A DNA stretch of 64,000 nucleotides from IMG/VR virus record IMGVR_UViG_3300042307_001315; one strand, given 5' to 3'. Numbering within the stretch: the first letter of the stretch is position 1; every line of letters starts with the position of its first letter. The notes below the pieces were generated by a model. That model searched no databases. It was given only the letters and a program-made list of their open reading frames with translations, and had not been told where the DNA came from. A program made the translations under genes and the position numbers. The DNA is from an uncultured virus (IMG/VR IMGVR_UViG_3300042307_001315) (Duplodnaviria; Heunggongvirae; Uroviricota; Caudoviricetes). Shown piece by piece: positions 10,976 through 21,389 of this stretch.

Positions 10976-11808
10976 TATACAGGTGGATTAAGGTATTCAT
11001 ACCATTTTATGGGAACTGTTGTCCCGATTCTTTGTCCTAGACTATTAATTACCTGATATGTTTGGTTTTTATAATCCAAATTTACGGTATAATAAAATAG
11101 CGTATTATTATCAAAAAGATATTGATTAGAGTTCAACGCAAAATTCGCTTGAGGTCCTATTTTTATTGGTGGGGTAGTTGTTTGATTATTTGTCATCAAT
11201 TTAGTGAATTGCCCTGTCTTAGCATTATAAAACTTAGCCGACATATAAAAGGTGTCAATATCTAAAAAGTTCCTTTTCTTTAACCAATAAAGGAAAAACC
11301 CTTCTTTATCACCAACATAATCTAAAACAAATTTTGGTTTTCTAACATCCACAATAATTCTTTGCATTGGAGTTGTCATTTTAAGACCCTGTTGTGTCGG
11401 AATAATAACCGTTAAATAATTTGTTTGTTTTTTCTCATCCGTATTATCGTAAAAATCCAACTTAAAAAACGAGTTAGAAAAATTGTTCGTATAATAATAC
11501 AAGTCTTGAGGTGTAAATCCTTCACCTAAATAATTTATCTTCCAATTATTAATATCATAAGTTGAACCCCCTGAATAAAAGTAAAACTCATAATTAATTT
11601 CAGTGTTATTTGTTGTTACATCCGGAGCATGAGCAAATCGACTGATTTCAAAGTCACGCCCAACACCAATCGCTTCGGTAATAACTTCAGTTTCATATTC
11701 TTCAACTGCCATGTCCAACCCTAAATAATCCCAAGTTAGTCTTACCGGTATATTGATTTGTTTATCCAAACCATCAGGCACTATTGTTACTTTATTCACA
11801 CTCATCAA
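10975..11808 (-). CDS. Hypothetical structural protein
   Basis: 277-aa ORF overlapping both neighbours in the baseplate operon. Confidence 0.55.
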   Translation of the reverse strand: MMSVNKVTIVPDGLDKQINIPVRLTWDYLGLDMAVEEYETEVITEAIGVGRDFEISRFAHAPDVTTNNTEINYEFYFYSGGSTYDINNWKINYLGEGFTPQDLYYYTNNFSNSFFKLDFYDNTDEKKQTNYLTVIIPTQQGLKMTTPMQRIIVDVRKPKFVLDYVGDKEGFFLYWLKKRNFLDIDTFYMSAKFYNAKTGQFTKLMTNNQTTTPPIKIGPQANFALNSNQYLFDNNTLFYYTVNLDYKNQTYQVINSLGQRIGTTVPIKWYEYLNPPV

Positions 11809-13492
11809 TCAATGGTTTTACAGCAAAATCAACGCCATATAGGCTCTCATTATAGTTTATTCCTTCCGGTATCAATCTAAATGTAATATCTTCAAATGGG
11901 TAATGAGCGGTGTTTAAAAACGGATAATCAACCCCTCTCTCCAAATTATCTGTAAAACCATAAGTATACAAATCCCTCCATCTAAATTGTTGGTCGGCAC
12001 TTGAATAAAACGAATAACTTGGTACTTGGTCAATAAAATTAACATCTCCCGTTTCAATATAATCCGAGAAAACTCTCAAAGTCATTTTATTATGAGGTTG
12101 ATAATAAAATCCAAATGAATTAGTGTCCGGATTATTCATTGTTTGGAAAACTGTTTGATTATAATTTATTTTATGATAATATGTTGAAATAACTCTCTCA
12201 ATTTGTTCATAATCATTCCACTCACAAAAATCACCATCCATTACATCACCCTTCATTAAATCACCATTGTAATAAAAAGTTTTGGTGGCACCACTAGTTT
12301 GAGTGTATGAAGATAATGGAACAGTAGTATTTGATTCATTATTCATTAAATCCCAATATTCATTAACCTCTTTTGTTAAGTTAAATTCCCAACCTTGTTT
12401 TAATCCCACTCCAAATGAAGGTTCATTAAAATATCCGGAATATCCTTTATTAACTATTGTTAGAAAAATCTCACTTAATGGTCGTTTTTGATTATCAATA
12501 TAACCCGCAAAATCTAAATCATATGCCGATGTCATATTGTAAGCATTACTACTTGTCTTTTGTGACACCCTAGAAATTTTATTAGGAGTTATTGAACTAT
12601 ATTCAAATTGTTTATCTTCTCTAAACACATTTTTTTCAAAACCAATTTTAGTAACAATAAGGTCATCTAAATTAGTAATCACTTTATGCTCTCTAACATA
12701 ATATTTTGATTTAGTTTCCGTTAAATTATCAGGGTTAATCACTCTCTTAAAAGTACCCATAACATTATCTGCAAATGTATTACCTGTGTATCCAATGTTT
12801 AAAACATTAAACACATATTCATCACTATCCACTAACCCATTACCTAATGAGTAAACTTGAAATATGTTCGAATTTCTATAAGTTAAAGACAATTCAACAT
12901 ATTCATTTGGAGTTAATCCATGAGACCCAATACATTTAAAGGATATTAAACCATTACCATTAATTTCAATATTTTCAATAATAAATGGAATTCCCTCTTC
13001 CGCTAACCAATTCATATCTCCATTAGGTATATCGGAATAATACGCCAAATTCTTTTTATAGTTATTAGCGTGAGGATATGTTAAATAGTACATCCAATTA
13101 TATGTGTAAGCACTTTTTGACTTATAAGGGAAATGTTGGTTATCAACAATTGGTCTAAAAAAATCAAACTCATAATACTGAGGAAATCCTTTCCACGTAC
13201 CACTGACAAATGATTGTTCAGCATTCACATAATATAAATTATATTGAAATGGTAAAAATGTTGTTGTTCCCGTGTATGTGTTATCATACAAATACCTAAC
13301 CTTAAAAGTTGGTCTAAAAACAGTACAACCCTGTCTCTCATCATCATAAACTTGAGCAAGACTTATAGTGGCACTCCTATCGTATTCCGTTATCTCATGA
13401 CTTGTTTGGTCTAAAGATATTGAAACCTTTTCATCTACAGAAGGAGCACCTTTATATTTAAGGTTACTTGGTATTATTGTGTAATTATTCAT
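11792..13492 (-). CDS. Hypothetical structural protein
   Basis: 566-aa ORF overlapping both neighbours in the baseplate operon. Confidence 0.55.
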   Translation of the reverse strand: MNNYTIIPSNLKYKGAPSVDEKVSISLDQTSHEITEYDRSATISLAQVYDDERQGCTVFRPTFKVRYLYDNTYTGTTTFLPFQYNLYYVNAEQSFVSGTWKGFPQYYEFDFFRPIVDNQHFPYKSKSAYTYNWMYYLTYPHANNYKKNLAYYSDIPNGDMNWLAEEGIPFIIENIEINGNGLISFKCIGSHGLTPNEYVELSLTYRNSNIFQVYSLGNGLVDSDEYVFNVLNIGYTGNTFADNVMGTFKRVINPDNLTETKSKYYVREHKVITNLDDLIVTKIGFEKNVFREDKQFEYSSITPNKISRVSQKTSSNAYNMTSAYDLDFAGYIDNQKRPLSEIFLTIVNKGYSGYFNEPSFGVGLKQGWEFNLTKEVNEYWDLMNNESNTTVPLSSYTQTSGATKTFYYNGDLMKGDVMDGDFCEWNDYEQIERVISTYYHKINYNQTVFQTMNNPDTNSFGFYYQPHNKMTLRVFSDYIETGDVNFIDQVPSYSFYSSADQQFRWRDLYTYGFTDNLERGVDYPFLNTAHYPFEDITFRLIPEGINYNESLYGVDFAVKPLIDECE

Positions 13493-16400
13493 CTATCGAA
13501 TATAGTTCTTTAAATTTATCTAATGCCGTCTCACCTTTAATCAAACCAAAATAGAAATGATTTGGAGCACCAACTAAAAATTTAGTAGTTGGGTTAGACC
13601 AATTACCCGCAGTAGCCACATAAGTAAAATTATTAACCGTAGTTGCATTACCATTAAATAAATATCCACGAGCAAATTGGTCACTAATACTATAAATTGA
13701 CGGTATCATATAACTTGGTGTAATAATTGCCCTTCTATCAAGAGACTGATATCGTCTTGAAAAAATATCGTTTGTGTTTGTTGCCCAATTATTCCCTTGT
13801 TCCCCAAAAACTCCTGCGGTTGCCGTAGATTTGATGTTCCACTGATAATAAGGTACTTCTTGGGATTTAATCCCATAAGGATATGTAATAGCATTTGCAT
13901 TATTTGATGGTCTAAAATCTATCACCCCGGGAGTTAAATAATCTTTATTTTGTATATCTTGAGTTGTTGACGAAAAAAACACCGCCATTGTCGGTTTTGA
14001 TAAATCACCAAGTATTTGTACCGGGTCATCAACAGCTCCTGTTACACTATAAAATTGAGGTGAAAATGGTATCACCCCATATTCAGAATTAATAGACATT
14101 GATTGTGCTAAATCCGCATCAATTCTTCTTGAACTACCGTCTCTACTAAATAATTGTTGTAATGCGTTATCCCCAAAAGCAAAAATTTGACGTAAAAATC
14201 CTTCATCAGTGATTCTCGAAATCACAAATAAATTAACTAAATCTGAAGTATCCGAATAACTTGTCGGTACAAGACTTTTCATAATATATCCTTTAGCAGA
14301 TGGGTCAAAAATTATTTCTTTATAAAAATCATCTTTAATCCCTAAATTAATAATTGTTGTAGGGAATAATAAATTTCTTCTGTTTACCGGAGCACTTAAT
14401 CCCGCCACCGGTCTACCAATAAACACACCCTCACCTGAAGTACCACCTGTTAGTCTAAAAGGAGAACTTCTATAATAAAAATTATTTGTATCTTTTTCAT
14501 AATACACAACTTGTTTAGCAAATTTTGGTGATTCAGGTTGATTTAATTTATTAAAATAAGTGTCAACTTGTATTGGAAAGGCATATAAACTACCATTAAC
14601 CCAATTATTCATAAATGATTGTGATAATACTCCTCGACATAATCCATAGAAGAATCTAAATCTAAAACCCCATTCAGCAAATGTTCCTAAATCTTGTCCT
14701 AAAGAAAACAATGGGTCATTAACCATTATGTAACATCCATTCTCAACAACATCACCTGCTTGACACCCTAATTGAACACCGAAATTTACACCATTACCAC
14801 TATAACAATCTAAACCAACCATGTCTTCACAACTTCCTAAAGTGGTAAGTACATTAGTTGCAGCCAATTGACCTTCAATATCCGCAGTGACTAAATCAGC
14901 ACCTAATGAAATTGATGGGTTGTTAAATGTGTATCCACCCCCACCAACAGGGTAAACCGCGAATCCGGCATTTTGCTGTAATAAACTGACACTACCTGTT
15001 AAAATTTCTTTATCATCAATATAATCAGAAGATGGTAATCTATCGGTTCTCATAATAATTTGAGATGAGTTAGACATATTTACCTCACTAGTTCCGGTAG
15101 ATGTTGGATATAAAATAGGACTAAAATAAGTCGGTGCGGAATTCGGTAAAAACCCCCATATTGCATAGTCACAATATTCCCTAACACACAGACAACTCAA
15201 ATCAAAAGTATTAGCAAAATTAATACAAATCCTTGTTATAACATAATTTCCTTTTGTCATAATCGCACCCCCTGACAAATCTTCAGCACCGTCATAATAA
15301 TTGTCAGCAATACTCGCAGAATAAAATCGATTATTTGTTTTTGACGCAACTCCGGTTATAGGAGGAGGTGAAGTATTAACTGATATGTTTTGAACATAAT
15401 CAGTTGAGAGTAATGGTGGTGAGTTGGTATAGACTTTTGATAATGATGAATCTAACGCACCATAAAAACCAAAATTTGGTGTCGTATATGCAGAATAATT
15501 AAGACCCGGACTTGTTTGTCCAACAATTCCCGGAGTATAAAAATAAGATGAATAACATATATTGTTTTGGTTATCGTGTTTTTGTACTGAAATTCCATTA
15601 TTAGGTGGTAATGCCTGAATTGGTATATTCATTCTTGTCATCGCGGTAAAAGTCACAGCATCTTCATCTAAATAACCTAATATACGTCCAATACCATACT
15701 TATTTATCATTAACGGAGAATACGGGTCAACCCCTCTTTGTAATATTAGAACTTTTTGATTTTCATAGTCCGCAAAATTTGATGTTGCTGCCGAATAGAT
15801 TGCATTAGGTATTTGAGTACTTGAAAAACCATTATCACTATTAGTCAATCTAGTGTAATTTGGGTAACTTAACGGGACAAGACCACATTCTCTACCCCCC
15901 TCACCACAAACATATTCAAAAGTTGCCAATTTATTTTCAGCATTTAACGTTTTCCAAAAACTTGGATTGGTTGTACCAACAGAACCCGGAAATGAATACT
16001 CTGGTTTTCCATTTACAATTTTTTTAGTAATAGTAATAGCAGTCAATACTTGATAATATTCAATATCCGATGGATAAATATAATTTTGACAACCTACTCC
16101 GTAAGTCACCGCGGAATACTCAGCAGTTCCTCCTGTATTTGTTAAATCAATACAATCAACATTTGTAATACCTGTAATTAATGGAAATTCAGGAGTAATT
16201 AACCCCTCAGGATTAGTAGTCCCTGTCGTTTGACCTGTAAACAATAATGTTACTTTTGAACCCGGACAAGTTCGATAAGTCACGGTCCCAGGTTCTGTTA
16301 TTGAAATAACCATACTTTTCACACAATCGGAAGGATATGCCGGAATATCATAAGTAACAATAGTATCAGAAGTTTGACTGGTCGCATAACGTACATCAGC

Positions 16401-18884
16401 AGTAAAAGCACTTGTTTTAATAATACCATTAATACCATTAACTTTATAACCCCCATTCGCTGTAGTTGCAGAATATAAATAATTTGTATCTTTAGTTTTT
16501 CTTGGGTCAACAAATGATAATAATGTACCCGGGTCTAAGTCCAAAACACTTAATACTGTCAATGTATTATCAAAATGACTTTTTGTACCGTTTGTTGGCA
16601 ATGAAAAAGTAACTTTAATCTTATTTACATTATCAAAGAATTTTTTTCGGGTATTGTAAATATTAACTCTTTCACCAGGAGGAATCGTAAAACCATCTAC
16701 TAATAAATCCCCTACCCCCGGAAATGAATAAATTCTAGAACTATTAATTTTAAAAATTGTTGGTTTATTTGGTCTTGATAAACTACCTCCAAGTCCTTGA
16801 CCTTGCATAAGTGATTCCATCTGAAAATATGTGTCATAATTCTCATCATCAGCAGCAACAGGTGGCCAAGTTCGATTTGGTATTGTCGAAGCATTGGTTT
16901 GTAAATTTTCAGCGTACTGACCTCCATTAGAAAGTTGACTTAATAGACCAGCAGCAGGTGCTTGTTCTGTATCATCATCAGGATTTGGTTCAGTTGTTTC
17001 AGAGTCACATTCACAAGATTGACAATCGGGATAAGTTATCATCGGTAATTTAATCCTACCAAATTTATAAGCAACAATTTCTTCAAATTTAATTAAAATG
17101 AATATAATCGCCGCCGCATATAACGCAGCTAACAATGAATGTCCAATTATCAGACCTGCCGTCGCACCAAACGAGGCACTACCCGCAATTGCACCGGCAA
17201 CTAATGAACCCTGAGCAATAACTTCTTTTCCTAACTCATAAAGTATGTAAGCTATTATTGCAACTGCAAAATTATTCCATAAAAAAGCTAAAAAGTGATA
17301 GATAATTAATAAAGGTAATCCAATTAATTGAATTACTTGTAATATTATTGAAAATATGAAAAAGAATAAATCAAAGTTCCTAAACCCTTCATTAACCGGG
17401 AATTTATTAATTGTAGTCGCGCATTCATTACTATCAATTTCTTTAATACCAATAAACCTACCTTTAGCACCATTCTTAAATTGGTCAATAAAACCTGAAA
17501 CAGTATAAACTTTATTAAATTCAAACTGATAAAAAGTATCTTCACAATTTATTTTTTGATTTAATATATTATTACGTAATGCAATATCATTAGCAGTTGT
17601 TCCATAAAATCCTTCCGTATATCCTGACCAATCAAGACCAAAATAATATGAACTTTTTTGTCTCTCCTCATTGAGACCTCCTGAGTCTGTAGGGTCAGTA
17701 TTACCCCAACCATATTCTTTAACATTTGGTACTAAGAAATAGGCCCGTCTTGTTTGTTCCGATAAACTAGGTGATTGAGACCACTTAATTTTAAATCGAT
17801 ATCTCCCTTTAGTAGGGATTCCTACTGTAGGGTCGTTTGATAAAACTTTTTCACCAAATTCATTAGTAATAAAGTAATCCAAATTCATTGGTAATTCAGT
17901 CATCCATACACCATTACCATCAATAATATTACCCGATTTTTCTAATTGAAATAACTCAAGTATTGGATTACCGTCAGCATCATAATTAATTGTTTGTCGT
18001 ATCGCTAAAATAGACCCAGGACCTGTAGATAATTGACATAAATTACCCATATCATCCAATGGTTTAGCATTTCGTCTAAGTCTTTGCGAATCTGCGGTTG
18101 AGTAAATAGACCCCATGAACACTGAAGTTGGTTGTATATCAATATTGGCATCATCTCTAAGGTCAAAGTCAACACGGTTAACCGCAATTTGGCATATTTC
18201 AGGGTCACCCCATAATGGAGCAACTGATAATGTTCTTGTTAAACTAACAATTTGAGGTAGTGATGATAAATCATTTGAAGTTTTAAATCGGTTACCGGCA
18301 ACTTGAGCTTCAGAGGCCAAACCCATTCTAATCAAATCTTGAGGTGTTAAAGAAAACTCCCCAATATCTGATAAGTCAATATCCATTACTAAAGTTTGCG
18401 GCCCTAATGGAACACCCATTATCATATAGTCACCACTCTCGTTTGTTTTAGTTGTGTATTTGTAGTATTTGTCGTAAATTTCAACCGCAATTCCATCGGT
18501 TAATACATCATCTCTTGTAGGTAAAGTACCTGTCGCCGCGTGAGTAGAATACGACTTTTCATAAGGTAAAAGATTGTACCTAAAACCATCTTCATTTTTA
18601 TCCGTTGGAGACTTGTAAGGATAAATACTTGTTATCAGTGGGTTGGATTCATCTACCGATGATATTGGGATGAATACAGATACTCTGGCATTTGGAACAC
18701 CAAATCCGTTATTCGCAGTAACCCTTCCAACAACAACACCGTATTCAGAACAACTTCTACTATAAACGTCAGTTTGTTGTATTTTTAACGATAAGATTTC
18801 TAAGAACTCAAAATCTTGGTCTAACTGAACATTGATTGTTTTGTTAATACCTAATTCGGTTCTAATTCTATATGACTGACCCAT
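13485..18884 (-). CDS. Large baseplate/tail-associated protein with N-terminal carboxypeptidase-regulatory-like fold and an internal hydrophobic segment
   Basis: 1799 aa; GVVVGRVT...GVPNARVSV...TTKTNESGDYMIMGVPLG; hydrophobic stretch at about aa 500-600 followed by YPDCQSCEC. Confidence 0.55.
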   Translation of the reverse strand: MGQSYRIRTELGINKTINVQLDQDFEFLEILSLKIQQTDVYSRSCSEYGVVVGRVTANNGFGVPNARVSVFIPISSVDESNPLITSIYPYKSPTDKNEDGFRYNLLPYEKSYSTHAATGTLPTRDDVLTDGIAVEIYDKYYKYTTKTNESGDYMIMGVPLGPQTLVMDIDLSDIGEFSLTPQDLIRMGLASEAQVAGNRFKTSNDLSSLPQIVSLTRTLSVAPLWGDPEICQIAVNRVDFDLRDDANIDIQPTSVFMGSIYSTADSQRLRRNAKPLDDMGNLCQLSTGPGSILAIRQTINYDADGNPILELFQLEKSGNIIDGNGVWMTELPMNLDYFITNEFGEKVLSNDPTVGIPTKGRYRFKIKWSQSPSLSEQTRRAYFLVPNVKEYGWGNTDPTDSGGLNEERQKSSYYFGLDWSGYTEGFYGTTANDIALRNNILNQKINCEDTFYQFEFNKVYTVSGFIDQFKNGAKGRFIGIKEIDSNECATTINKFPVNEGFRNFDLFFFIFSIILQVIQLIGLPLLIIYHFLAFLWNNFAVAIIAYILYELGKEVIAQGSLVAGAIAGSASFGATAGLIIGHSLLAALYAAAIIFILIKFEEIVAYKFGRIKLPMITYPDCQSCECDSETTEPNPDDDTEQAPAAGLLSQLSNGGQYAENLQTNASTIPNRTWPPVAADDENYDTYFQMESLMQGQGLGGSLSRPNKPTIFKINSSRIYSFPGVGDLLVDGFTIPPGERVNIYNTRKKFFDNVNKIKVTFSLPTNGTKSHFDNTLTVLSVLDLDPGTLLSFVDPRKTKDTNYLYSATTANGGYKVNGINGIIKTSAFTADVRYATSQTSDTIVTYDIPAYPSDCVKSMVISITEPGTVTYRTCPGSKVTLLFTGQTTGTTNPEGLITPEFPLITGITNVDCIDLTNTGGTAEYSAVTYGVGCQNYIYPSDIEYYQVLTAITITKKIVNGKPEYSFPGSVGTTNPSFWKTLNAENKLATFEYVCGEGGRECGLVPLSYPNYTRLTNSDNGFSSTQIPNAIYSAATSNFADYENQKVLILQRGVDPYSPLMINKYGIGRILGYLDEDAVTFTAMTRMNIPIQALPPNNGISVQKHDNQNNICYSSYFYTPGIVGQTSPGLNYSAYTTPNFGFYGALDSSLSKVYTNSPPLLSTDYVQNISVNTSPPPITGVASKTNNRFYSASIADNYYDGAEDLSGGAIMTKGNYVITRICINFANTFDLSCLCVREYCDYAIWGFLPNSAPTYFSPILYPTSTGTSEVNMSNSSQIIMRTDRLPSSDYIDDKEILTGSVSLLQQNAGFAVYPVGGGGYTFNNPSISLGADLVTADIEGQLAATNVLTTLGSCEDMVGLDCYSGNGVNFGVQLGCQAGDVVENGCYIMVNDPLFSLGQDLGTFAEWGFRFRFFYGLCRGVLSQSFMNNWVNGSLYAFPIQVDTYFNKLNQPESPKFAKQVVYYEKDTNNFYYRSSPFRLTGGTSGEGVFIGRPVAGLSAPVNRRNLLFPTTIINLGIKDDFYKEIIFDPSAKGYIMKSLVPTSYSDTSDLVNLFVISRITDEGFLRQIFAFGDNALQQLFSRDGSSRRIDADLAQSMSINSEYGVIPFSPQFYSVTGAVDDPVQILGDLSKPTMAVFFSSTTQDIQNKDYLTPGVIDFRPSNNANAITYPYGIKSQEVPYYQWNIKSTATAGVFGEQGNNWATNTNDIFSRRYQSLDRRAIITPSYMIPSIYSISDQFARGYLFNGNATTVNNFTYVATAGNWSNPTTKFLVGAPNHFYFGLIKGETALDKFKELYSIDE

Positions 18885-18979
18885 TCAATTCTTTTAATTT
18901 ATAAATAGTTTATGTGTGATTTTTCAAGTTAACACACACCATATTTAATTATAAACTAGTTAAGCCAGAAATAAACCTG

Positions 18980-20818
18980 TTAAGAGAAGGTAACTGATTG
19001 GAAATTTTTAACAGATACTCTAATATCTTTGTTAGGGTATCTAACTTGATACACTTGGGATGGTTGTGCGAAGATTGTATCATCAACAGTTGCAATTTCT
19101 TTAGTCTCAGCATCCGAATATTCCATAGATGTTTCAGCGGATGAATATTGACCCCCAACATTATTATAAACGTTTAATCCCGCAACAGTTAATACACCGT
19201 TTTGATTTTGAACAATACTTTTTAACTCAGATAAATAAACATTTTGACCTAACTCCCTTGTTTGAGGATTGAAGTAAGTTGAAATTCTATCAACAACATC
19301 CGCAATAACTTGTCCTGAATTTTGAGCAGAATCTAAAACAATCTGAACATCAATACTCAAGTCAATAACCTCAGCAGTTAATATTGAAATATAGTCATTC
19401 ATCATTCTATAGTTCGATAGATAATTTGCAACATTCTGTCTTAAAGTGTCTGATACAATACTTGTTAATTTTCCTGAAGTATCATAAGATAATAATTGAA
19501 TTAATATTTTATTATTATTTTCCGTAATTGAAACTTTTGCAGGCGCTCCGAACTCAGCCGGCATATTTCTAATAATTGACTCGTAGTCTTGAACCGTAAC
19601 CGCTCTTTTTTGTGCGGAGAAGTTAAATGATACGTAGTTTCTAATTTCCTCTAATGATGGTACACCTGAACCTCCAATAGCTGCAGTCACGTTGTTACAT
19701 CTTAATGAATTAACCACTGATGAGTTTGTTGTTTCAGATGGTCCGTTTACAAAGAAGTTTACAGTACCAATTTGATTAATAACATTTGTCCCTAAATTTG
19801 TTGCCAATCCACCACCAACTCGATATTGAATGAATAGTGTTGAGTTAGGAGTTAACGCAGACCCTAATGAGAAATTGTTTGAATATCTTTGTAAATCAAT
19901 TGTAGCACCAACTGTTGTAAATTGGTCTAATGAATCTTGAGCGGTATTTGTACCACCACCAAATGTCATTTTCTTAAATCCTTCAGGAGTATATTCCGTT
20001 ATAAATCTATTAGATGTTTGAATATACTTTCCAACTTTAATACCCGGTTGGTCAGATACTTTTGTTGGGTCTTCAATGAATACTCGGTCTTCCGCAAGTG
20101 CGTCAACCTCATACCATTTATTTGACGCCCCTAAAAATTCTGAAGTAGATGGAACATTAGTGTATTCAGTCCCACTCTTAAGTAATACACTTGTAATACC
20201 TAATACATTTTTTTCAGGTAAAAATAATTCAAAGAATGGTTTAACATCATTCGGAGTAATAACTCTTTTGAATACTTTAGTAATACCATTAACTACTAAT
20301 TCTCTTTTAGTTATAGTATAATTAATCAACACATTATTAGCGTTGAAGTTTGGTATTTTTAACCTATTAGGGAAACCTTGAGCATTGTATGGTGAAGTAA
20401 AATCAACATCATATATGTTTTCAAACACAATACCCGCACCAACTACTTGAGAACCTCTTGTTAAAACCCCAAGATATCTTTCATCTTCTTTATCACCAAA
20501 AGCAGGAACAGTTATTGAGAAGTCAACTAAAGATACAGACGGTCTTTGTCCCGGTAATTTTAAACCATAAGTTCTGGCAATATTATAGATGGATGACCTT
20601 TGTTGTGCGTATTGTAAAACAGTTTCTTGAATACTTCTATCAATGTGATAGTGTAAGTTGTCCGCAACCGCAGCGTTCAAGTCTAAAAACACAGAGAACA
20701 CAGAAGCGTCGTTGAAGTCCTGTATTAATTCAGGGTAGTAAGTTCTTACATAGTTTAATAACTCAGTTCTTATCCCCTGATAATCTCTTGTAGTATATGA
20801 TATATTACGATTTGCCAT
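18980..20818 (-). CDS. Baseplate wedge subunit (T4 gp6 / baseplate J-like)
   Basis: RDYQGIRTELLNYVR...DFNDAS; YRVGGG...N; AQKRAVTVQDYE; adjacent to a gp25-like gene. Confidence 0.85.
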   Translation of the reverse strand: MANRNISYTTRDYQGIRTELLNYVRTYYPELIQDFNDASVFSVFLDLNAAVADNLHYHIDRSIQETVLQYAQQRSSIYNIARTYGLKLPGQRPSVSLVDFSITVPAFGDKEDERYLGVLTRGSQVVGAGIVFENIYDVDFTSPYNAQGFPNRLKIPNFNANNVLINYTITKRELVVNGITKVFKRVITPNDVKPFFELFLPEKNVLGITSVLLKSGTEYTNVPSTSEFLGASNKWYEVDALAEDRVFIEDPTKVSDQPGIKVGKYIQTSNRFITEYTPEGFKKMTFGGGTNTAQDSLDQFTTVGATIDLQRYSNNFSLGSALTPNSTLFIQYRVGGGLATNLGTNVINQIGTVNFFVNGPSETTNSSVVNSLRCNNVTAAIGGSGVPSLEEIRNYVSFNFSAQKRAVTVQDYESIIRNMPAEFGAPAKVSITENNNKILIQLLSYDTSGKLTSIVSDTLRQNVANYLSNYRMMNDYISILTAEVIDLSIDVQIVLDSAQNSGQVIADVVDRISTYFNPQTRELGQNVYLSELKSIVQNQNGVLTVAGLNVYNNVGGQYSSAETSMEYSDAETKEIATVDDTIFAQPSQVYQVRYPNKDIRVSVKNFQSVTFS

Positions 20819-20824
20819 ACAATA

Positions 20825-21295
20825 TTAAATATTAATGATAACGAAATCACTCGGACCAAAAGTTGATTTATTGGTTGAGTAATCTATTTTTATTTTTGCG
20901 GTATATTCTGAAGTTCCCTTACCCGGGAATCTATAAATTGACGATTCACTACTACCCACTGTTGCGGTACCCGTTGCTATATCAACTTCTTCTTGAGGGT
21001 CAGCAGGACTTATTGTTATTTGGTTTAATAATAAACCCGGCATAAAGGTACCAACGGCTTCTCGAATGTCAGATTCAATAGCATCAAATGTTAAACCATC
21101 AAATGGTTCAAACAAAAATTCATAAAGTCTTGTACCAAATGTTGGTAAATAATATCTTGAACCTTTTCGAGTCAAAAGTAAGTGGATTAAATCCGCTTTA
21201 ATTTCTTGTGCCTCAAGTTCAGTTAGTTGTAAATAGTCACCTTTAACTGAGTCCCTAAAAGGAAAATTAATACCATATGTTGTTCCGTCTGCCAT
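20825..21295 (-). CDS. Baseplate sheath-initiation protein (T4 gp25 / gpW-like)
   Basis: IKADLIHLLLTRKGSRYYLPTFGTRLYEFLFEP signature. Confidence 0.9.
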   Translation of the reverse strand: MADGTTYGINFPFRDSVKGDYLQLTELEAQEIKADLIHLLLTRKGSRYYLPTFGTRLYEFLFEPFDGLTFDAIESDIREAVGTFMPGLLLNQITISPADPQEEVDIATGTATVGSSESSIYRFPGKGTSEYTAKIKIDYSTNKSTFGPSDFVIINI

Positions 21296-21340
21296 ATCTA
21301 TAATTATAGTGTTATGATTATTTCTTATAAATACCTAAAA

Positions 21341-21367
21341 ATAAAAAATCCCGACATCGCCGGGATT
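21341..21367 (-). terminator. Intrinsic terminator after nrdA
   Basis: Minus strand reads AATCCCGGC-GAT-GTCGGGATT followed by a T tract. Confidence 0.8.
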
Positions 21368-21389
21368 AATATAATTATAGGTGATTTTA

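Noticed and set aside
18908..18975. Weak gtgtg/cacac inverted repeat
   Set aside because: The stem is too short, the loop is long and there is no clear T tract.
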